A stretch of DNA of 64,000 nt, taken from NCBI GenBank assembly GCA_041695325.1, contig JBGFRC010000024.1, positions 17,271 to 81,270 on the forward strand. The letters are read 5' to 3'. The position numbers and the translations under genes are program-made. The notes beneath the pieces were generated by a model. It saw nothing but the letters and a program-made list of their open reading frames with translations, did no database searches and was not told where the DNA came from. Positions 1 through 12,654 of this stretch are shown in pieces (the first letter of the stretch is position 1; each line of letters begins with the position of its first letter). The DNA is from Pseudomonadota bacterium (lineage in GTDB: Bacteria; Pseudomonadota; Gammaproteobacteria; SURF-13).

Positions 1-157
1 TCGGCGGCCACGATCTCCAGCACCGGGAACAACAGCGCCCGTCCGCCCCGTCCTTCGATCCGTTCGCACAACTCCGCGGCCTGCTGCGCGGGACGCGTCA
101 CCAGCACGCCGACGCCCTTGAGGGCCTGCGCCTTAGCCTTGGGCGAAGCGTTCATCC
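1..157 (-). CDS. hemD: uroporphyrinogen-III synthase, 5' portion; the 3' end of the gene lies before the window start
   Basis: Minus-strand translation from the ATG at 155-157 reads [38 protein letters not shown]..., a HemD-like N-terminus. It overlaps the hemC stop, which is the classic hemC-hemD arrangement. Confidence 0.6.
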
Positions 158-1080
158 GCATACACGTCGCGCAGTATCGCGCGCGCGCCGCGCGCCAGCA
201 GATCATTGGCCAGCGTCACACCGAGGCGTTCGGCCTGCGCCGCCGCGCCGCTGATCTCGCCGCGCACCACCTCGCTGCCGTCGGGGCGCGCCACCAATCC
301 GCGCAGATATAGTTTTCCGTCCCTGAGTTCGGCGTGGCCCGCTATCGGCACCTGACAGCCGCCCTGCAGGCGATGATTCATGGCGCGCTCCGCCGTCACT
401 CTTATTTGCGTCTCGGCGTGGTTCATAACGCGGATCAGCTCATGCACGCGCGTATCGTCGCTGCGGCACTCGATGCCTATCGCGCCCTGGCCGATGGCGG
501 GCAGGCTTGCGCTGGTGGATAGAAATTGCGTGATGCGCGCGCCAAACCCCAGACGCAGGAGGCCGGCGGCGGCCAGGATGACGGCGTCGAATTCGCCTTC
601 ATCCAGCTTGCGCAAACGGGTGTTCACGTTGCCGCGCAGGCTCATGATTTTCAAATCAGGACGACGCTCGTACAACTGGCACTGGCGGCGCATGCTGGAG
701 GTGCCGACGCGCGCGCCTTTGGGCAAGTCGTCCAGCGTCGCGTAGCGGTTGGAAACAAACGCATCACGCGGGTCTTCGCGCGCGCCGACCACCGGCAGGT
801 GCAAGCCTTGCGGAAATTCCATCGGCACGTCCTTCATGGAGTGCACCGCGATGTCGGCCTGGCCGTTGAGCAGGCCTTCTTCCAGCTCCTTGACGAACAA
901 TCCCTTGCCGCCCACCTTGGCGAGCGGGGTGTCCAGTATCTTGTCGCCCTGGGTGCTCATGCGCACCAGCTCCACGGCAAGACCGGGATGCGCCTTTTGC
1001 AGCTCCTGTTTCACATGCTCGGCCTGCCACAGGGCGAGCGGGCTTTTTCGGGTGGCGATGCGTAACGGCAACGGGGGCAT
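133..1080 (-). CDS. hemC: porphobilinogen deaminase (hydroxymethylbilane synthase)
   Basis: ORF 133..1122 with the likely start at the internal Met [23 protein letters not shown]. The whole protein shows HemC hallmarks ([26 protein letters not shown]). Confidence 0.9.
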   Translation of the reverse strand: MPPLPLRIATRKSPLALWQAEHVKQELQKAHPGLAVELVRMSTQGDKILDTPLAKVGGKGLFVKELEEGLLNGQADIAVHSMKDVPMEFPQGLHLPVVGAREDPRDAFVSNRYATLDDLPKGARVGTSSMRRQCQLYERRPDLKIMSLRGNVNTRLRKLDEGEFDAVILAAAGLLRLGFGARITQFLSTSASLPAIGQGAIGIECRSDDTRVHELIRVMNHAETQIRVTAERAMNHRLQGGCQVPIAGHAELRDGKLYLRGLVARPDGSEVVRGEISGAAAQAERLGVTLANDLLARGARAILRDVYADERFAQG

Positions 1081-1158
1081 GGCTGCTTGAGCTGGAAATC
1101 GAGACGCTAATGCTAAAACCAAGCTCGCCGATAAGCAAATGTTCTTTTTGTATATTCC

Positions 1159-1893
1159 TTACCTTAAACCGATCAGCTTTTCACGCACCTCCTTCACCAG
1201 CCGGCGGCTGATCTCGACAGGCTCTTCAAGCCCGTTCAAGCGCACGTACCAGGTGTTCCGCGCCCCCTTTTCCATCCCGGCCACAAACGCGCGCGCCACC
1301 AGGGCGTTGCGATGCACGCGCAGAAAGCGCGCCCCGAACTCCTGCTCCAGCGACTTGAGCGGCTCTTCGATCAGCAGCCGGCCGCCGGTGTGGGCGACGG
1401 TGACGTATTTCTGGTCCGCCTTGAAGTAGCGCACATCCTCCAGCGCGATGAGGCTGATCTTGCCGTGGGTGTGCACGCTGAGATGCGTGCGCGCGCGTTG
1501 CGTTCCGGCGCCCTGCCGCAGGCGTTCGAGCTGCACCCGGTTCAATTGGCGCGACTTGGCAAGCGCCGCGCGCAAACGCTCCGCGCGCACCGGTTTCAGC
1601 AGGTAATCCACCGCGCCGGCCTCAAAGGCGTCCAGCGCATGGTCATCATACGCGGTGGTGAAGATCACCGCCGGCGGCTGCTCCAGGCGCGAGAGGTGGC
1701 GCGCCGCCTCCAGGCCGTCCATGCCCGGCATGCGGATGTCCATCAGCATCACGTCGGGCTGGTGCTCGTTGTACTTCATCAGCGCCTGTCTGCCGTCCTC
1801 CGCTTCGTCCACCACTTGGGCCTCGGTCTCCGCCAGCAAGCCGCGCAGCCTGGCGCGCGCCAGCGGCTCATCATCCACGATCAGTATCTTCAC
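1159..1893 (-). CDS. algR: LytTR-family two-component response regulator (AlgR-like)
   Basis: 244 aa with an N-terminal receiver domain ([13 protein letters not shown]...DIRMPGMDG) and a C-terminal LytTR DNA-binding domain. It sits upstream of hemC as in Pseudomonas. Confidence 0.85.
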   Translation of the reverse strand: MKILIVDDEPLARARLRGLLAETEAQVVDEAEDGRQALMKYNEHQPDVMLMDIRMPGMDGLEAARHLSRLEQPPAVIFTTAYDDHALDAFEAGAVDYLLKPVRAERLRAALAKSRQLNRVQLERLRQGAGTQRARTHLSVHTHGKISLIALEDVRYFKADQKYVTVAHTGGRLLIEEPLKSLEQEFGARFLRVHRNALVARAFVAGMEKGARNTWYVRLNGLEEPVEISRRLVKEVREKLIGLR

Positions 1894-2948
1894 ATCCCGC
1901 CCCGTTGATAAGGAAAGGACAGCCGCACCCGGTAACGCGGCTCATCCCCGCCGTGTTCCTCAACCAGCAATTCACCACTCGCTCCATAGTAGCCCTGCAA
2001 GCGTTCACGCAGGTTTTCCAGCGCCATGCGGTTGCCGCGCGCGTGAACGCGCCCCGGCTTCGGCGCCACTGGATTATCCACGGTGATGCGCACCCTGCCT
2101 TGCTCATATTCGCCGCTCACCGTGACGGCGCCGCCCTGCGGCATCGGCTCGATGCCGTGATAAATGGCGTTTTCCAGCAGCGGCTGCAGGCTTAAGCGCG
2201 GCAGCAGCGCATCCTGTGGCACGCCGTCCAGATTCCACTCCACCGTCAAACGCCCGCCCAGGCGCAGTTTTTCCATGCTTACGTATTTATGCGCCAGCTC
2301 CATCTCATCGGCCAGGGTCACGCGGTCACGCGCGTCGGACAGGCTGCCGCGAAACAAATCGGCCAGGTTCTCCACCGCGGTCTCGGCCAGCTCCGGACGG
2401 CTGCGCGTAAGGCTGGCGATGGTGTTCATGCTGTTGAAGAAAAAATGCGGGCGCATGCGCGATTGCAGCGCCTGGATGCGCGCCGCGGCCTCGGACTCGA
2501 CGTGTCTCTTCCATTGGTGCTGCACATAAAAATAGCGCAGCGCCAGCGCGCTCACGATGGCGCTCACGCCCAGATTGCGCAGCAGAAAATCCGCGCGCCA
2601 GCCCGCGGGCAAGGCGACGCCCAGCGCGTCGCTTTGCAGCAAGCGGTAGGCCGCTTCACTGAGCACGGCGGTGACCGTCAGCAATAATACGTAGCTCACC
2701 GCGGCGGCCTGAACGTTGGACAGCTTCCTGAGCCAGCGCCGTCCGATGCACAGCGCCGCGCCGCTTGAGAGCGCCACCCACTGCACAAACAGCGAAATCA
2801 CGCCGAGATCGCTCCAGCGATCCTGACTTTGCAGCGCGCCCAGCGCCAGCACCAGGGCCAGCAGCTCAGCCATCACCACGAGGGCCAGCACCCGGCGCAG
2901 GCCGCAGAAATCCGGCAGGAATAGGGTATCGGTGTCGCTATGTGCCAT
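1890..2948 (-). CDS. algZ: LytS/AlgZ(FimS)-type membrane sensor histidine kinase
   Basis: 352 aa with hydrophobic N-terminal TM segments followed by a His-kinase motif ([14 protein letters not shown]) and an ATPase domain. It overlaps the algR start by 4 nt. Confidence 0.75.
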   Translation of the reverse strand: MAHSDTDTLFLPDFCGLRRVLALVVMAELLALVLALGALQSQDRWSDLGVISLFVQWVALSSGAALCIGRRWLRKLSNVQAAAVSYVLLLTVTAVLSEAAYRLLQSDALGVALPAGWRADFLLRNLGVSAIVSALALRYFYVQHQWKRHVESEAAARIQALQSRMRPHFFFNSMNTIASLTRSRPELAETAVENLADLFRGSLSDARDRVTLADEMELAHKYVSMEKLRLGGRLTVEWNLDGVPQDALLPRLSLQPLLENAIYHGIEPMPQGGAVTVSGEYEQGRVRITVDNPVAPKPGRVHARGNRMALENLRERLQGYYGASGELLVEEHGGDEPRYRVRLSFPYQRGGM

Positions 2949-2999
2949 CCTCGTGCGTACCCTGCTTTATGGTCTATACTACTGTACTGTACATCTATC

Positions 3000-4397
3000 A
3001 TGGCCAAAGACAAGACCACAAGCCGGGACAAACCGTGGGGCGGGCGCTTCACGCAACAGACCGACGCGCTGGTGGAACGTTTTACCGCCTCGGTCGCCTT
3101 TGACCGGCGCCTGTACCAGCACGACATCCAGGGTTCCATCGCGCACGCGCGCATGCTCACGAAGGTGGGCGTGTTGAGCGAGGCCGAATGCGCCGCCATC
3201 GTCAAGGGCTTGCAGGACATCGAGCGCGACATCGAGACAGGCGGGTTTGACTGGTCGGTGGCGCTGGAAGACGTGCACATGAACATCGAGGCGCGTCTCA
3301 TTGAGCGCATCGGCGAGGCGGGGAAAAAGCTCCACACCGGGCGCTCGCGCAATGACCAGGCGGCCACCGACTTGCGCCTGTACCTGCGCGACGCGATAGA
3401 CGCGATTCTCCTGCAAATAAAAGACCTGCAAACGGTGCTGCTCGACATCGCCGAGCGCGAGGCCGAAACCATTCTGCCCGGCTTTACCCATCTGCAGGTG
3501 GCGCAACCGGTGACCTTCGGCCACCACATGCTGGCCTGGTTTGAGATGCTGGAGCGTGACCGCGCGCGCTTCAAGGACTGCCGCAAGCGCGTCAACGTCA
3601 TGCCGCTCGGCGCGGCGGCGCTGGCCGGCACCAGCTACCCGGTAGATCGCGCCTATACGGCGGAGCTGCTGGGCTTTGACGCACCGGCGGAAAACTCGCT
3701 CGATGCGGTGAGCGACCGCGACTTCGCCATCGAATTCAGCGGCGCGGCGGCGCTGTTGATGACGCACCTGTCGCGCTTTTCCGAGGAGCTGATACTGTGG
3801 TCGTCGGCGCAGTTCGATTTTGTGGATTTGGGCGACGCCTTCTGCACCGGCTCCTCCATCATGCCGCAGAAAAAAAATCCGGACGTGCCGGAGCTGGTGC
3901 GCGGCAAGAGCGGGCGCGTCATCGGCCACCTGATGGCGCTGTTCACGCTGATGAAGGCGCAGCCGCTGGCCTACAATAAAGACAACCAGGAGGACAAGGA
4001 ACCGCTGTTCGACACGATAGATACGGTGCAGGACTCGCTGCGCGTCTACGCCGCGATGCTGGGCGCGATGCAGATCAAGCGCGAGCGCATGCTGCACGCC
4101 GCCGCCAGCGGCTACGCCACCGCCACCGACCTCGCCGATTACCTGGTCAAAAACGGCGTGCCGTTCCGCGACGCGCATGACATCACGGGCAAGATCGTGC
4201 GCCGCGCCGTTGAAGCCGGGCGCGGGCTTACCGAGCTGACTCTCGATGAACTGCGCGGTTTCTCCTCGGTCATAAAACAAGACGTGTTTGACGTCCTGAA
4301 ACCGCAGGGATCGGTGGCGGCGCGCAACCACCCGGGCGGCACCGCGCCCGTGCAAGTGCGGGCGGCCATTGCGCGCGCGAGACAGAAACTGACGTGA
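3000..4397 (+). CDS. argH: argininosuccinate lyase
   Basis: The ATG at 3000 gives [28 protein letters not shown]..., with the fumarate-lyase signature [12 protein letters not shown]. It is full length, about 465 aa. Confidence 0.95.
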   Translation: MAKDKTTSRDKPWGGRFTQQTDALVERFTASVAFDRRLYQHDIQGSIAHARMLTKVGVLSEAECAAIVKGLQDIERDIETGGFDWSVALEDVHMNIEARLIERIGEAGKKLHTGRSRNDQAATDLRLYLRDAIDAILLQIKDLQTVLLDIAEREAETILPGFTHLQVAQPVTFGHHMLAWFEMLERDRARFKDCRKRVNVMPLGAAALAGTSYPVDRAYTAELLGFDAPAENSLDAVSDRDFAIEFSGAAALLMTHLSRFSEELILWSSAQFDFVDLGDAFCTGSSIMPQKKNPDVPELVRGKSGRVIGHLMALFTLMKAQPLAYNKDNQEDKEPLFDTIDTVQDSLRVYAAMLGAMQIKRERMLHAAASGYATATDLADYLVKNGVPFRDAHDITGKIVRRAVEAGRGLTELTLDELRGFSSVIKQDVFDVLKPQGSVAARNHPGGTAPVQVRAAIARARQKLT

Positions 4398-5017
4398 GAC
4401 GCGCAATCATACTGCTGCTTGGCCTGATGGGCGTGATGCCGGGCCATGCCGGCAAGCTTTACAAGTGGGTGGACGAAAAAGGCCAAGTGCACTACGGCGA
4501 CAGCATCCCGCCGGAATACGCGGAGCAGGGCCGTTCTGAGCTGAACAAACAAGGCATGACCGTCAAAAAGACGGATGCCGCGAAAACGCCGGAGCAGTTG
4601 GCGGAGGAGGAAAGAAAAAGACAATTACAGGCCGAGGAGCAAAAACGCGCCGGGGAGCAGGCGGCGTACGACCGCGCCCTGATGCGCATCTATTCCAGCG
4701 AGGACGACATCCTGCGCTCGCGCGACCAGAAGCTCACCGCGCTGGACACGACCATCAGCATCACGCGGGGTAATCTCAACACGGTCGCCAAGCAGCTTGA
4801 TGAGCTCAACAAACGCGCCGCGGGACTGCAAGGCGCGGGCAAGCCGCTGCTGGAGAAGCTGCAAAAAGACATCGGCGCTCTGGAGGCACAGCGGCAACAG
4901 TATCAGGATTTCATCCGGGCCAAACAGGCCGAGCAGGACACGATCCGGGAAAAGGCCGAGGCGGAATTGAAACGCTATCGCGAAATCACGGCCGAGCGAC
5001 GGTCGGTGAAACCTTAG
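4394..5017 (+). CDS. DUF4124-domain secreted coiled-coil protein
   Basis: 207 aa with a signal-peptide-like N-terminus, the [14 protein letters not shown] motif typical of DUF4124, and a long charged coiled-coil rest. Its start overlaps the argH stop (ATGA). Confidence 0.6.
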   Translation: MRRAIILLLGLMGVMPGHAGKLYKWVDEKGQVHYGDSIPPEYAEQGRSELNKQGMTVKKTDAAKTPEQLAEEERKRQLQAEEQKRAGEQAAYDRALMRIYSSEDDILRSRDQKLTALDTTISITRGNLNTVAKQLDELNKRAAGLQGAGKPLLEKLQKDIGALEAQRQQYQDFIRAKQAEQDTIREKAEAELKRYREITAERRSVKP

Positions 5018-5295
5018 CCGCTCTCGCGGGCGCCTCCTATCAATTCGGCGGCGACGACCTTGCCGCGCTCATCCAGACGCAGGCGAAATTGACCCCAGCA
5101 CGGCACGCGCCCGGCCTCGCAACCCGATCCCTCCATAACCACTTCATCAAAGCGCACATTGCACACCACCTCCGCGCCGCGTTGTTGCGCGATGTCGAGC
5201 TTGAGGCTTTCCGGCGCGGGCCAGCCGCCTTGGGTGCAGAGTTCAGCGAGGCGCGGCGTACGCTGGAAAAATTCCGTCAATTCCGCCTTGTTCAT
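5014..5295 (-). CDS. hypothetical small Cys-containing protein
   Basis: 93-aa ORF convergent with the DUF4124 gene. It sits in a gap with no competing gene, and no family was recognised with certainty. Confidence 0.35.
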   Translation of the reverse strand: MNKAELTEFFQRTPRLAELCTQGGWPAPESLKLDIAQQRGAEVVCNVRFDEVVMEGSGCEAGRVPCWGQFRLRLDERGKVVAAELIGGARESG

Positions 5296-5300
5296 GGATA

Positions 5301-7575
<2,275 letters not shown>

Positions 7576-7588
7576 TCTTTTTATCCTG

Positions 7589-8044
7589 TCACTGTCTTCC
7601 CGAATGCCCAAACCCGCCCGCGCCGCGTTGAGTCTCGTTGAATTCACTCACCACCTCGAACTGCGCGCGCACCACCGGGAACAGCACCATCTGCGCAATG
7701 CGCTCGCCGATCTCGATCGTGAACGGCGCCAGGCCGCGGTTCCAGCACGACACGAACACCTGGCCCTGGTAATCCGAGTCTATCAGGCCCACCAGGTTGC
7801 CGAGCACGATGCCGTGTTTGTGGCCGAGGCCGGAGCGCGGCAACAGCACCGCGGCCAGTGAGCGGTCGGAGATGTGGATCGCCATGCCGGTGGGGATCAA
7901 CTGCGTTTCGCCCGGCGCGAGCGTGAGCGGTTTGTCGAGACAGGCGCGTAAATCCAGTCCGGCGGAGCCTTCCGTGGCGTAATGCGGCAAGGGAAACTCC
8001 TTGCCCAGACGCGGATCGAGTATCTTAAGCCGGATTTTTTGCAT
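7589..8044 (-). CDS. dut: dUTP diphosphatase
   Basis: 151 aa with dUTPase motifs ([20 protein letters not shown]). Confidence 0.93.
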   Translation of the reverse strand: MQKIRLKILDPRLGKEFPLPHYATEGSAGLDLRACLDKPLTLAPGETQLIPTGMAIHISDRSLAAVLLPRSGLGHKHGIVLGNLVGLIDSDYQGQVFVSCWNRGLAPFTIEIGERIAQMVLFPVVRAQFEVVSEFNETQRGAGGFGHSGRQ

Positions 8045-9233
8045 GAAACCGTTCTGCCACCACGCCGATCAATTCGCGCGCGAGACGTGATTTGGGTGCG
8101 CGCGGCAGATGTTTGCGTCCACCCTCCCAGAATAGTTCAAGCTCGTTCTCATCGCTGTCGAATCCCGCGCCGACGCCATCCACCCGGTTGGCCGCCACCA
8201 TATCCAGTTTTTTGGCGCACCGCTTGGCCTCGGCGTTTTGCTCCAGATTTTCCGTCTCGGCGGCGAAGCCCACGGTGAACGGCGCGCGCGCCAGTCCGCG
8301 CACGCTCTCCAGAATGTCGGCATTGCGCGCGAGTACCAGCTCCATCTTGTCCGCGCCCTTTTTCATCTTCTGCCGCGCGGTCTCCAGCGCGCGGTAGTCC
8401 GCCACCGCCGCCGCCGCGATGAAGATGTCGCTCTGCCCCGCGTGCGCCAGCACCGCCTGCCGCATCTCCTCGGCGCTCACCACGTCCACGCGCGTGACGC
8501 GCTCCGGCGTGGCGAGGCTCACCGGTCCGCTCACCAGGGTGACGCGCGCGCCGGCCTCGGCGGCGGCCTGGGCGACGGCGTAGCCCATCTTGCCGGAGCT
8601 GCGGTTGCTGATATAGCGCACCGGATCCAACGCCTCGCGCGTGGCGCCCGCGCTCACCAGCACGCGCGCGCCGCTCAACACGTTGCTCTCGAACAGTTGC
8701 GCAGTCAGGGCGGCGATGTCAAGAGGCTCCAGCATGCGCCCCGGCCCGGTTTCGCCGCAGGCTTGCGAACCCTCGGCGGGGCCGAACAAATGGATGCCGC
8801 GCGTCTCTAAAATGGATTTATTCGCCTGCGTCGCCGGATTCAGCCACATCTGCTGATTCATGGCGGGCGCCAGCGCGATGGGCGCGGCGGTGGCGAGGCA
8901 CAGGGTGCTGAGCAGATCGTCCGCGCGTCCGTGCGCGAGCCTCGCCATGAAATCGGCGCTGGCCGGCGCAATCAGCACCGCATCCGCCCAGCGCGCGAGC
9001 TCGATATGCCCCATCGCCGCCTCGGCGTTAGCGTCAAATAGTTCCAGACGCACCGCGTGACCGGACAAGGCCTGCAAGGTCAGTGGAGTGATAAACTCGG
9101 TCGCGCCGCGCGTCATCGCCACGCGCACCTCGGCGCCCGCCTCGCGCAGGCGGCGCGTAAGGTCGGCGCTCTTGTAGGCGGCGATGCCGCCCGTGACGCC
9201 GAGCAGTATGCGCTTGTTGCCAAGCCGTTTCAT
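8025..9233 (-). CDS. coaBC: bifunctional phosphopantothenoylcysteine decarboxylase/phosphopantothenate-cysteine ligase
   Basis: 402 aa with an N-terminal flavoprotein domain ([13 protein letters not shown]) and a C-terminal DFP synthetase domain. Confidence 0.92.
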   Translation of the reverse strand: MKRLGNKRILLGVTGGIAAYKSADLTRRLREAGAEVRVAMTRGATEFITPLTLQALSGHAVRLELFDANAEAAMGHIELARWADAVLIAPASADFMARLAHGRADDLLSTLCLATAAPIALAPAMNQQMWLNPATQANKSILETRGIHLFGPAEGSQACGETGPGRMLEPLDIAALTAQLFESNVLSGARVLVSAGATREALDPVRYISNRSSGKMGYAVAQAAAEAGARVTLVSGPVSLATPERVTRVDVVSAEEMRQAVLAHAGQSDIFIAAAAVADYRALETARQKMKKGADKMELVLARNADILESVRGLARAPFTVGFAAETENLEQNAEAKRCAKKLDMVAANRVDGVGAGFDSDENELELFWEGGRKHLPRAPKSRLARELIGVVAERFHAKNPA

Positions 9234-9250
9234 AGGCTAAAGTTTACATT

Positions 9251-9356
9251 ATTAATCCGGCAATGAATATTGCCGGATTAATAGCAAGGCATGGATGCCT
9301 TGCCGCGGCCATAAGCCGCGCGAGGGCAATAAAATACATGGTTGTATTTTATTGCC
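9251..9356. repeat. block of three consecutive perfect palindromes in the coaBC/radC divergent intergenic region
   Basis: 9251-9282 is attaatccggcaat-gaat-attgccggattaat, 9285-9302 is caaggcat-gg-atgccttg, and 9325-9356 is ggcaataaaatac-atgg-ttgtattttattgcc. All three are perfect inverted repeats, and the region is AT-rich against a GC-rich background. Confidence 0.7.
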
Positions 9357-9386
9357 TGGTTAATAAAATCCCGATTCACAGGGGGA

Positions 9387-10064
9387 CATGTGCCGATTAC
9401 CGACTGGCCGGAGCAGGAACGGCCGCGCGAGAAGCTGCTCTCGCGCGGCCCCGCCGCGTTGTCCGATGCCGAACTGCTCGCCATCTTCCTGCGCACCGGG
9501 GTGCGCGGCAAGAGCGCGGTGGATCTCGCGCGCGAACTGCTCACCCGCTTTGGTACGCTGCGCGCCCTGCTGGAAGCCGGACACGCCGACTTTTGCGAGT
9601 CACCCGGCCTGGGCGACGCCAAATATGCGCAGCTCCGGGCGGCGCTGGAGATGGCGCGCCGCCACTTGCGGGAAAACCTCACGCGCGGCGACGCCCTGAC
9701 CAACATTGACGACACGCGCGCTTATCTTACCGCCTGCCTGCGCGCTTATCCGCACGAGGTATTCGGCTGCTTATTTCTCGACAACCGCCACCGCGTAATC
9801 GCCTTCGAGGAGCTGTTTCGCGGCACGCTGGACGGCGCCAGCGTACACCCGCGCGAGGTGGTGAAGCGCGCGCTCACGCACAACGCGGCGGCGCTCATCT
9901 TCGCGCACAATCATCCTTCGGGAGTGAGCGAACCGAGCCGGGCCGACGAACAGATCACCCTGCGCCTGAAGGAAGCCCTGGCGCTGGTGGACATCCGCGT
10001 GCTGGATCACTTCATCATCGGCGACGGGCGCGCCGTATCGCTGGCCGAGCGAGGTGTTTTATAA
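9387..10064 (+). CDS. radC: RadC-family JAB/MPN domain protein
   Basis: ORF 9342..10064 with the probable GTG start at 9387 giving [17 protein letters not shown]. The JAB motif HNHPSG is present. Confidence 0.85.
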   Translation, partial: HVPITDWPEQERPREKLLSRGPAALSDAELLAIFLRTGVRGKSAVDLARELLTRFGTLRALLEAGHADFCESPGLGDAKYAQLRAALEMARRHLRENLTRGDALTNIDDTRAYLTACLRAYPHEVFGCLFLDNRHRVIAFEELFRGTLDGASVHPREVVKRALTHNAAALIFAHNHPSGVSEPSRADEQITLRLKEALALVDIRVLDHFIIGDGRAVSLAERGVL

Positions 10065-10068
10065 GCGC

Positions 10069-10097
10069 TTGTGACAGCGCGCGTTTTTTACTATAAT
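10069..10097 (+). promoter_or_regulatory. sigma70-like promoter for rpmB-rpmG
   Basis: TTGTGA at 10069-10074, a 17-nt spacer, then TATAAT at 10092-10097, about 35 nt upstream of the rpmB ATG. Confidence 0.55.
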
Positions 10098-10131
10098 GAG
10101 CAGCTAAATCAAGCTTGCAGGGATTTTTCTC

Positions 10132-10368
10132 ATGTCCAGAGTATGCCAGGTCACCGGTAAGCGCCCTATGGCGGGCCACAACGTGTCGCACGCCAACAAC
10201 AAGACCAAACGCCGCTTCCTGCCCAATCTGCGCAGCCACCGCTTCTGGGTGGAGAGTGAAAAACGCTTCGTGCGCCTGCGCGTCAGCACCCGCGGCATGC
10301 GCACCATAGACAAGCTCGGCATCGAGCAGGTGCTGGCCGACATGCGCGCCCGCGGCGAGCGGGTCTAG
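10132..10368 (+). CDS. rpmB: 50S ribosomal protein L28
   Basis: 78 aa, [33 protein letters not shown], the canonical L28 sequence. Confidence 0.95.
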   Translation: MSRVCQVTGKRPMAGHNVSHANNKTKRRFLPNLRSHRFWVESEKRFVRLRVSTRGMRTIDKLGIEQVLADMRARGERV

Positions 10369-10379
10369 GAGATCAGATC

Positions 10380-10535
10380 ATGCGTGAGAAAATCAAAATG
10401 GTTTCCAGCGCCGGCACCGGCCACTACTACACCACCATGAAGAACAAGCGCAACACGCCGGACAAGCTGGAGCGCAAGAAATTCGACCCGGTGGTGCGCA
10501 AGCACGTGATCTACAAGGAAGCCAAGATCAAATAG
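10380..10535 (+). CDS. rpmG: 50S ribosomal protein L33
   Basis: 51-aa ORF absent from the track because it is under 60 aa: [51 protein letters not shown]. It begins 12 nt after rpmB. Confidence 0.9.
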   Translation: MREKIKMVSSAGTGHYYTTMKNKRNTPDKLERKKFDPVVRKHVIYKEAKIK

Positions 10536-10561
10536 CCGCGCCGTTAATTGCCATAAAAAAA

Positions 10562-10585
10562 CCCGCCACCAGGCGGGTTTTTTAT
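10562..10585. terminator. rho-independent terminator, bidirectional, ending rpmBG and the convergent desaturase gene
   Basis: The sequence aaaaaaaCCCGCCaccaGGCGGGttttttatt is a GC stem with a T-run, and it also has an A-run on the opposite side. Confidence 0.7.
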
Positions 10586-10605
10586 TGTCCGGTGCGGAGT
10601 GCTGC

Positions 10606-11781
10606 TCAGGCCGGTTGCAACGAGTAGCCGCGCAGCCTGCCGGCGAACTCCTGCAGCGCCTTGATGCCGCTGGCCTCGGCCTGTTTGCACCATTCCTGCA
10701 GGGCGTGCAGCAGGTGTTCATGAGTGGCAGCGGAGCGCTTCCAGATTTCCTGCAGGCGTTGCTTGTATTCATACACCGTATGCAGCGCCTGGCTGTGGCT
10801 CAAGACATGAGCCAGGGTGTGCCTCGCGTCCTCATTCAGCAGCGACTCCTCGCGTTTGAGCAGCTTGCGCGTGCGCTTGAGCATCAGGCGCTTGGCGCCC
10901 TGCGCCAGGCGCAGCTCTTCTTCATGCACGCGCTCCAAAACGTGTTCCGCGTAGTGCGCCATCACGCGCAGGCGGTGCGCCACCACGGCCTTGACCGTAT
11001 CCATATCCAGCCCCGTCTTGTGCGCCACGATGTGCGGCTCCATGGCCACCTTCTTTATGCGCACGAGCCCCAGGATTTCCAGGATGCGGATGTACAGCCA
11101 GCCGATGTCGAACTCCCACCACTTGGAGGAAAGCTTGGCCGAGCTGCCGAAGGCATGATGATTATTGTGCAGCTCCTCGCCGCCGATAAGGATGCCCCAC
11201 GGCACGATATTCGTCGAGGCGTCCGCGCACTCATAGTTGCGGTAACCCCACCAGTGGCCGATGCCGTTGATGACGCCCGCGGCGAAAAACGGTATCCAGA
11301 CCATTTGCACGGCCCAGATAGTGAGGCCGGCGGCGCCGAACAGCACCAGGTCTATCACCAGCATGAGCCGGATACCCCATGCGGTATAAGGCGTATAAAG
11401 ATTGCGCTCCAGCCAGTCGTCCGGGGTATTGTGGCCGTAGTTGTCCAGGGTATCCTGATTTTTCGCCTCGGCGCGGTAGAGTTCAACGCCCTCCCATAAC
11501 ACCTTTTTGATACCCACGACCTGCGGGCTATGAGGGTCGTCCGGGGTCTCCACCTTGGCGTGATGCTTGCGATGTATCGCCACCCATTCCTTAGTGACCA
11601 TGCCCGTGGTGAGCCAGAGCCAGAAGCGAAAGAAGTGGCTGGGAACAGGATGCAGGTCCAGGCCGCGGTGGGCCTGGTGACGGTGCAGGTAAATGGTTAC
11701 AGCGGCGATGGTGATGTGGGTGAGGATCAGGGCCGCCGCGACATAACCCCAGAAGGAGAGATTTAATAAACCGTCAAGCAT
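10606..11781 (-). CDS. membrane fatty-acid (acyl-CoA/acyl-lipid delta-9 type) desaturase with a C-terminal extension
   Basis: 391 aa with three His boxes (HRHQAH, HRKHHAKVETPDDPHSP, HNNHHAF) and TM segments. There is roughly 110 aa of charged C-terminal extension beyond the desaturase core. Confidence 0.85.
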   Translation of the reverse strand: MLDGLLNLSFWGYVAAALILTHITIAAVTIYLHRHQAHRGLDLHPVPSHFFRFWLWLTTGMVTKEWVAIHRKHHAKVETPDDPHSPQVVGIKKVLWEGVELYRAEAKNQDTLDNYGHNTPDDWLERNLYTPYTAWGIRLMLVIDLVLFGAAGLTIWAVQMVWIPFFAAGVINGIGHWWGYRNYECADASTNIVPWGILIGGEELHNNHHAFGSSAKLSSKWWEFDIGWLYIRILEILGLVRIKKVAMEPHIVAHKTGLDMDTVKAVVAHRLRVMAHYAEHVLERVHEEELRLAQGAKRLMLKRTRKLLKREESLLNEDARHTLAHVLSHSQALHTVYEYKQRLQEIWKRSAATHEHLLHALQEWCKQAEASGIKALQEFAGRLRGYSLQPA

Positions 11782-11998
11782 GGATACCTCTGGTCAATGA
11801 ATATCACGCTGATATAGAGCCATCACTATAGAGCAATCAAGCTCGCACGTCTATACGAACAGGTGTGAAATTTTATTCTGCCACGCAATAAAATAATGCA
11901 AGATGCCTGCCAAATCAAGACAATTAGCCTAATTTTGACCTATTTTAGCGTATTTTAATGAAATCTGCCTTTGTCAACCAGACCTCCCGGCCAAGATG

Positions 11999-12643
11999 CT
12001 ATCCAACGCCGTAACGCACCCGGTAGGCGCGTATGGCTTCAAGGTAAGGCTGCACCTCCGGCTTTTGCGCCGCATAGCGGAGCAATGTGTCGAGGTTGAC
12101 GATACTCAACACCGGCATCGCGTAACTCTGCCGCACCTCCTGCACAGCGGACAAATCGCCTTTCCCACGCTCCTGCCGGTCCAGCGCGATCAATACGCCC
12201 GCGGGCTCAGCACCCGCCTGTTTGATGATCCGCACCGACTCGGCGACCGAGGCGCCCGCGCTGATCACGTCGTCCACGATCAGCACCCGCCCCGCAAGCG
12301 GCGCACCCACGATCACCCCGCCTTCGCCGTGGCGCTTCGTCTCCTTGCGGTTAAAGGCATAAGGCACGTCGCGCCCGTGCTGATCGGCGAGCGCGATGCC
12401 GAGCGCCGCCACCAGCGGGATGCCCTTATAGGCCGGGCCGAACAGCATGTCGTAAGACACGCCGGAGTCCACCAGCGCGCTGGCGTAATAGCGCCCCAGG
12501 CGTGCGAGGCTCGCGCCGGTATTGAACAGGCCGCTGTTGAAAAAATACGGACTCACCCGCCCCGATTTAAGCGTGAACTCGCCGAATTTGAGCACGCCGA
12601 TGCGCAAAGTGAAATCAAGAAATTCGCGCTGGTAGTCTTGCAT
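11999..12643 (-). CDS. pyrE: orotate phosphoribosyltransferase
   Basis: 214 aa with the PRPP-binding motif [11 protein letters not shown]. Confidence 0.93.
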   Translation of the reverse strand: MQDYQREFLDFTLRIGVLKFGEFTLKSGRVSPYFFNSGLFNTGASLARLGRYYASALVDSGVSYDMLFGPAYKGIPLVAALGIALADQHGRDVPYAFNRKETKRHGEGGVIVGAPLAGRVLIVDDVISAGASVAESVRIIKQAGAEPAGVLIALDRQERGKGDLSAVQEVRQSYAMPVLSIVNLDTLLRYAAQKPEVQPYLEAIRAYRVRYGVG

Positions 12644-12654
12644 GATTGCAATTG

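Noticed and set aside
2979-4406. 475-aa ORF antisense to argH, and many other 100-480-aa ORFs antisense or out of frame to annotated genes (e.g. 5358-6299, 6409-7641, 10585-11499, 19884-20714, 22688-23650, 26243-27196, 37783-38748, 43176-44135, 60674-62044, 61869-62924)
   Set aside because: High GC suppresses stop codons on all frames. Each of these overlaps a gene with a clear family-level identity on the other strand or frame, and they have Arg/Ala/Gly-rich low-complexity composition with no recognisable domains.
9263-9715. Overlapping 148-aa (+) and 145-aa (-) ORFs upstream of and within radC
   Set aside because: They are alternative frames of radC and of the palindrome block. The RadC frame carries the JAB motif and the conserved N-terminus, and the others have no features.
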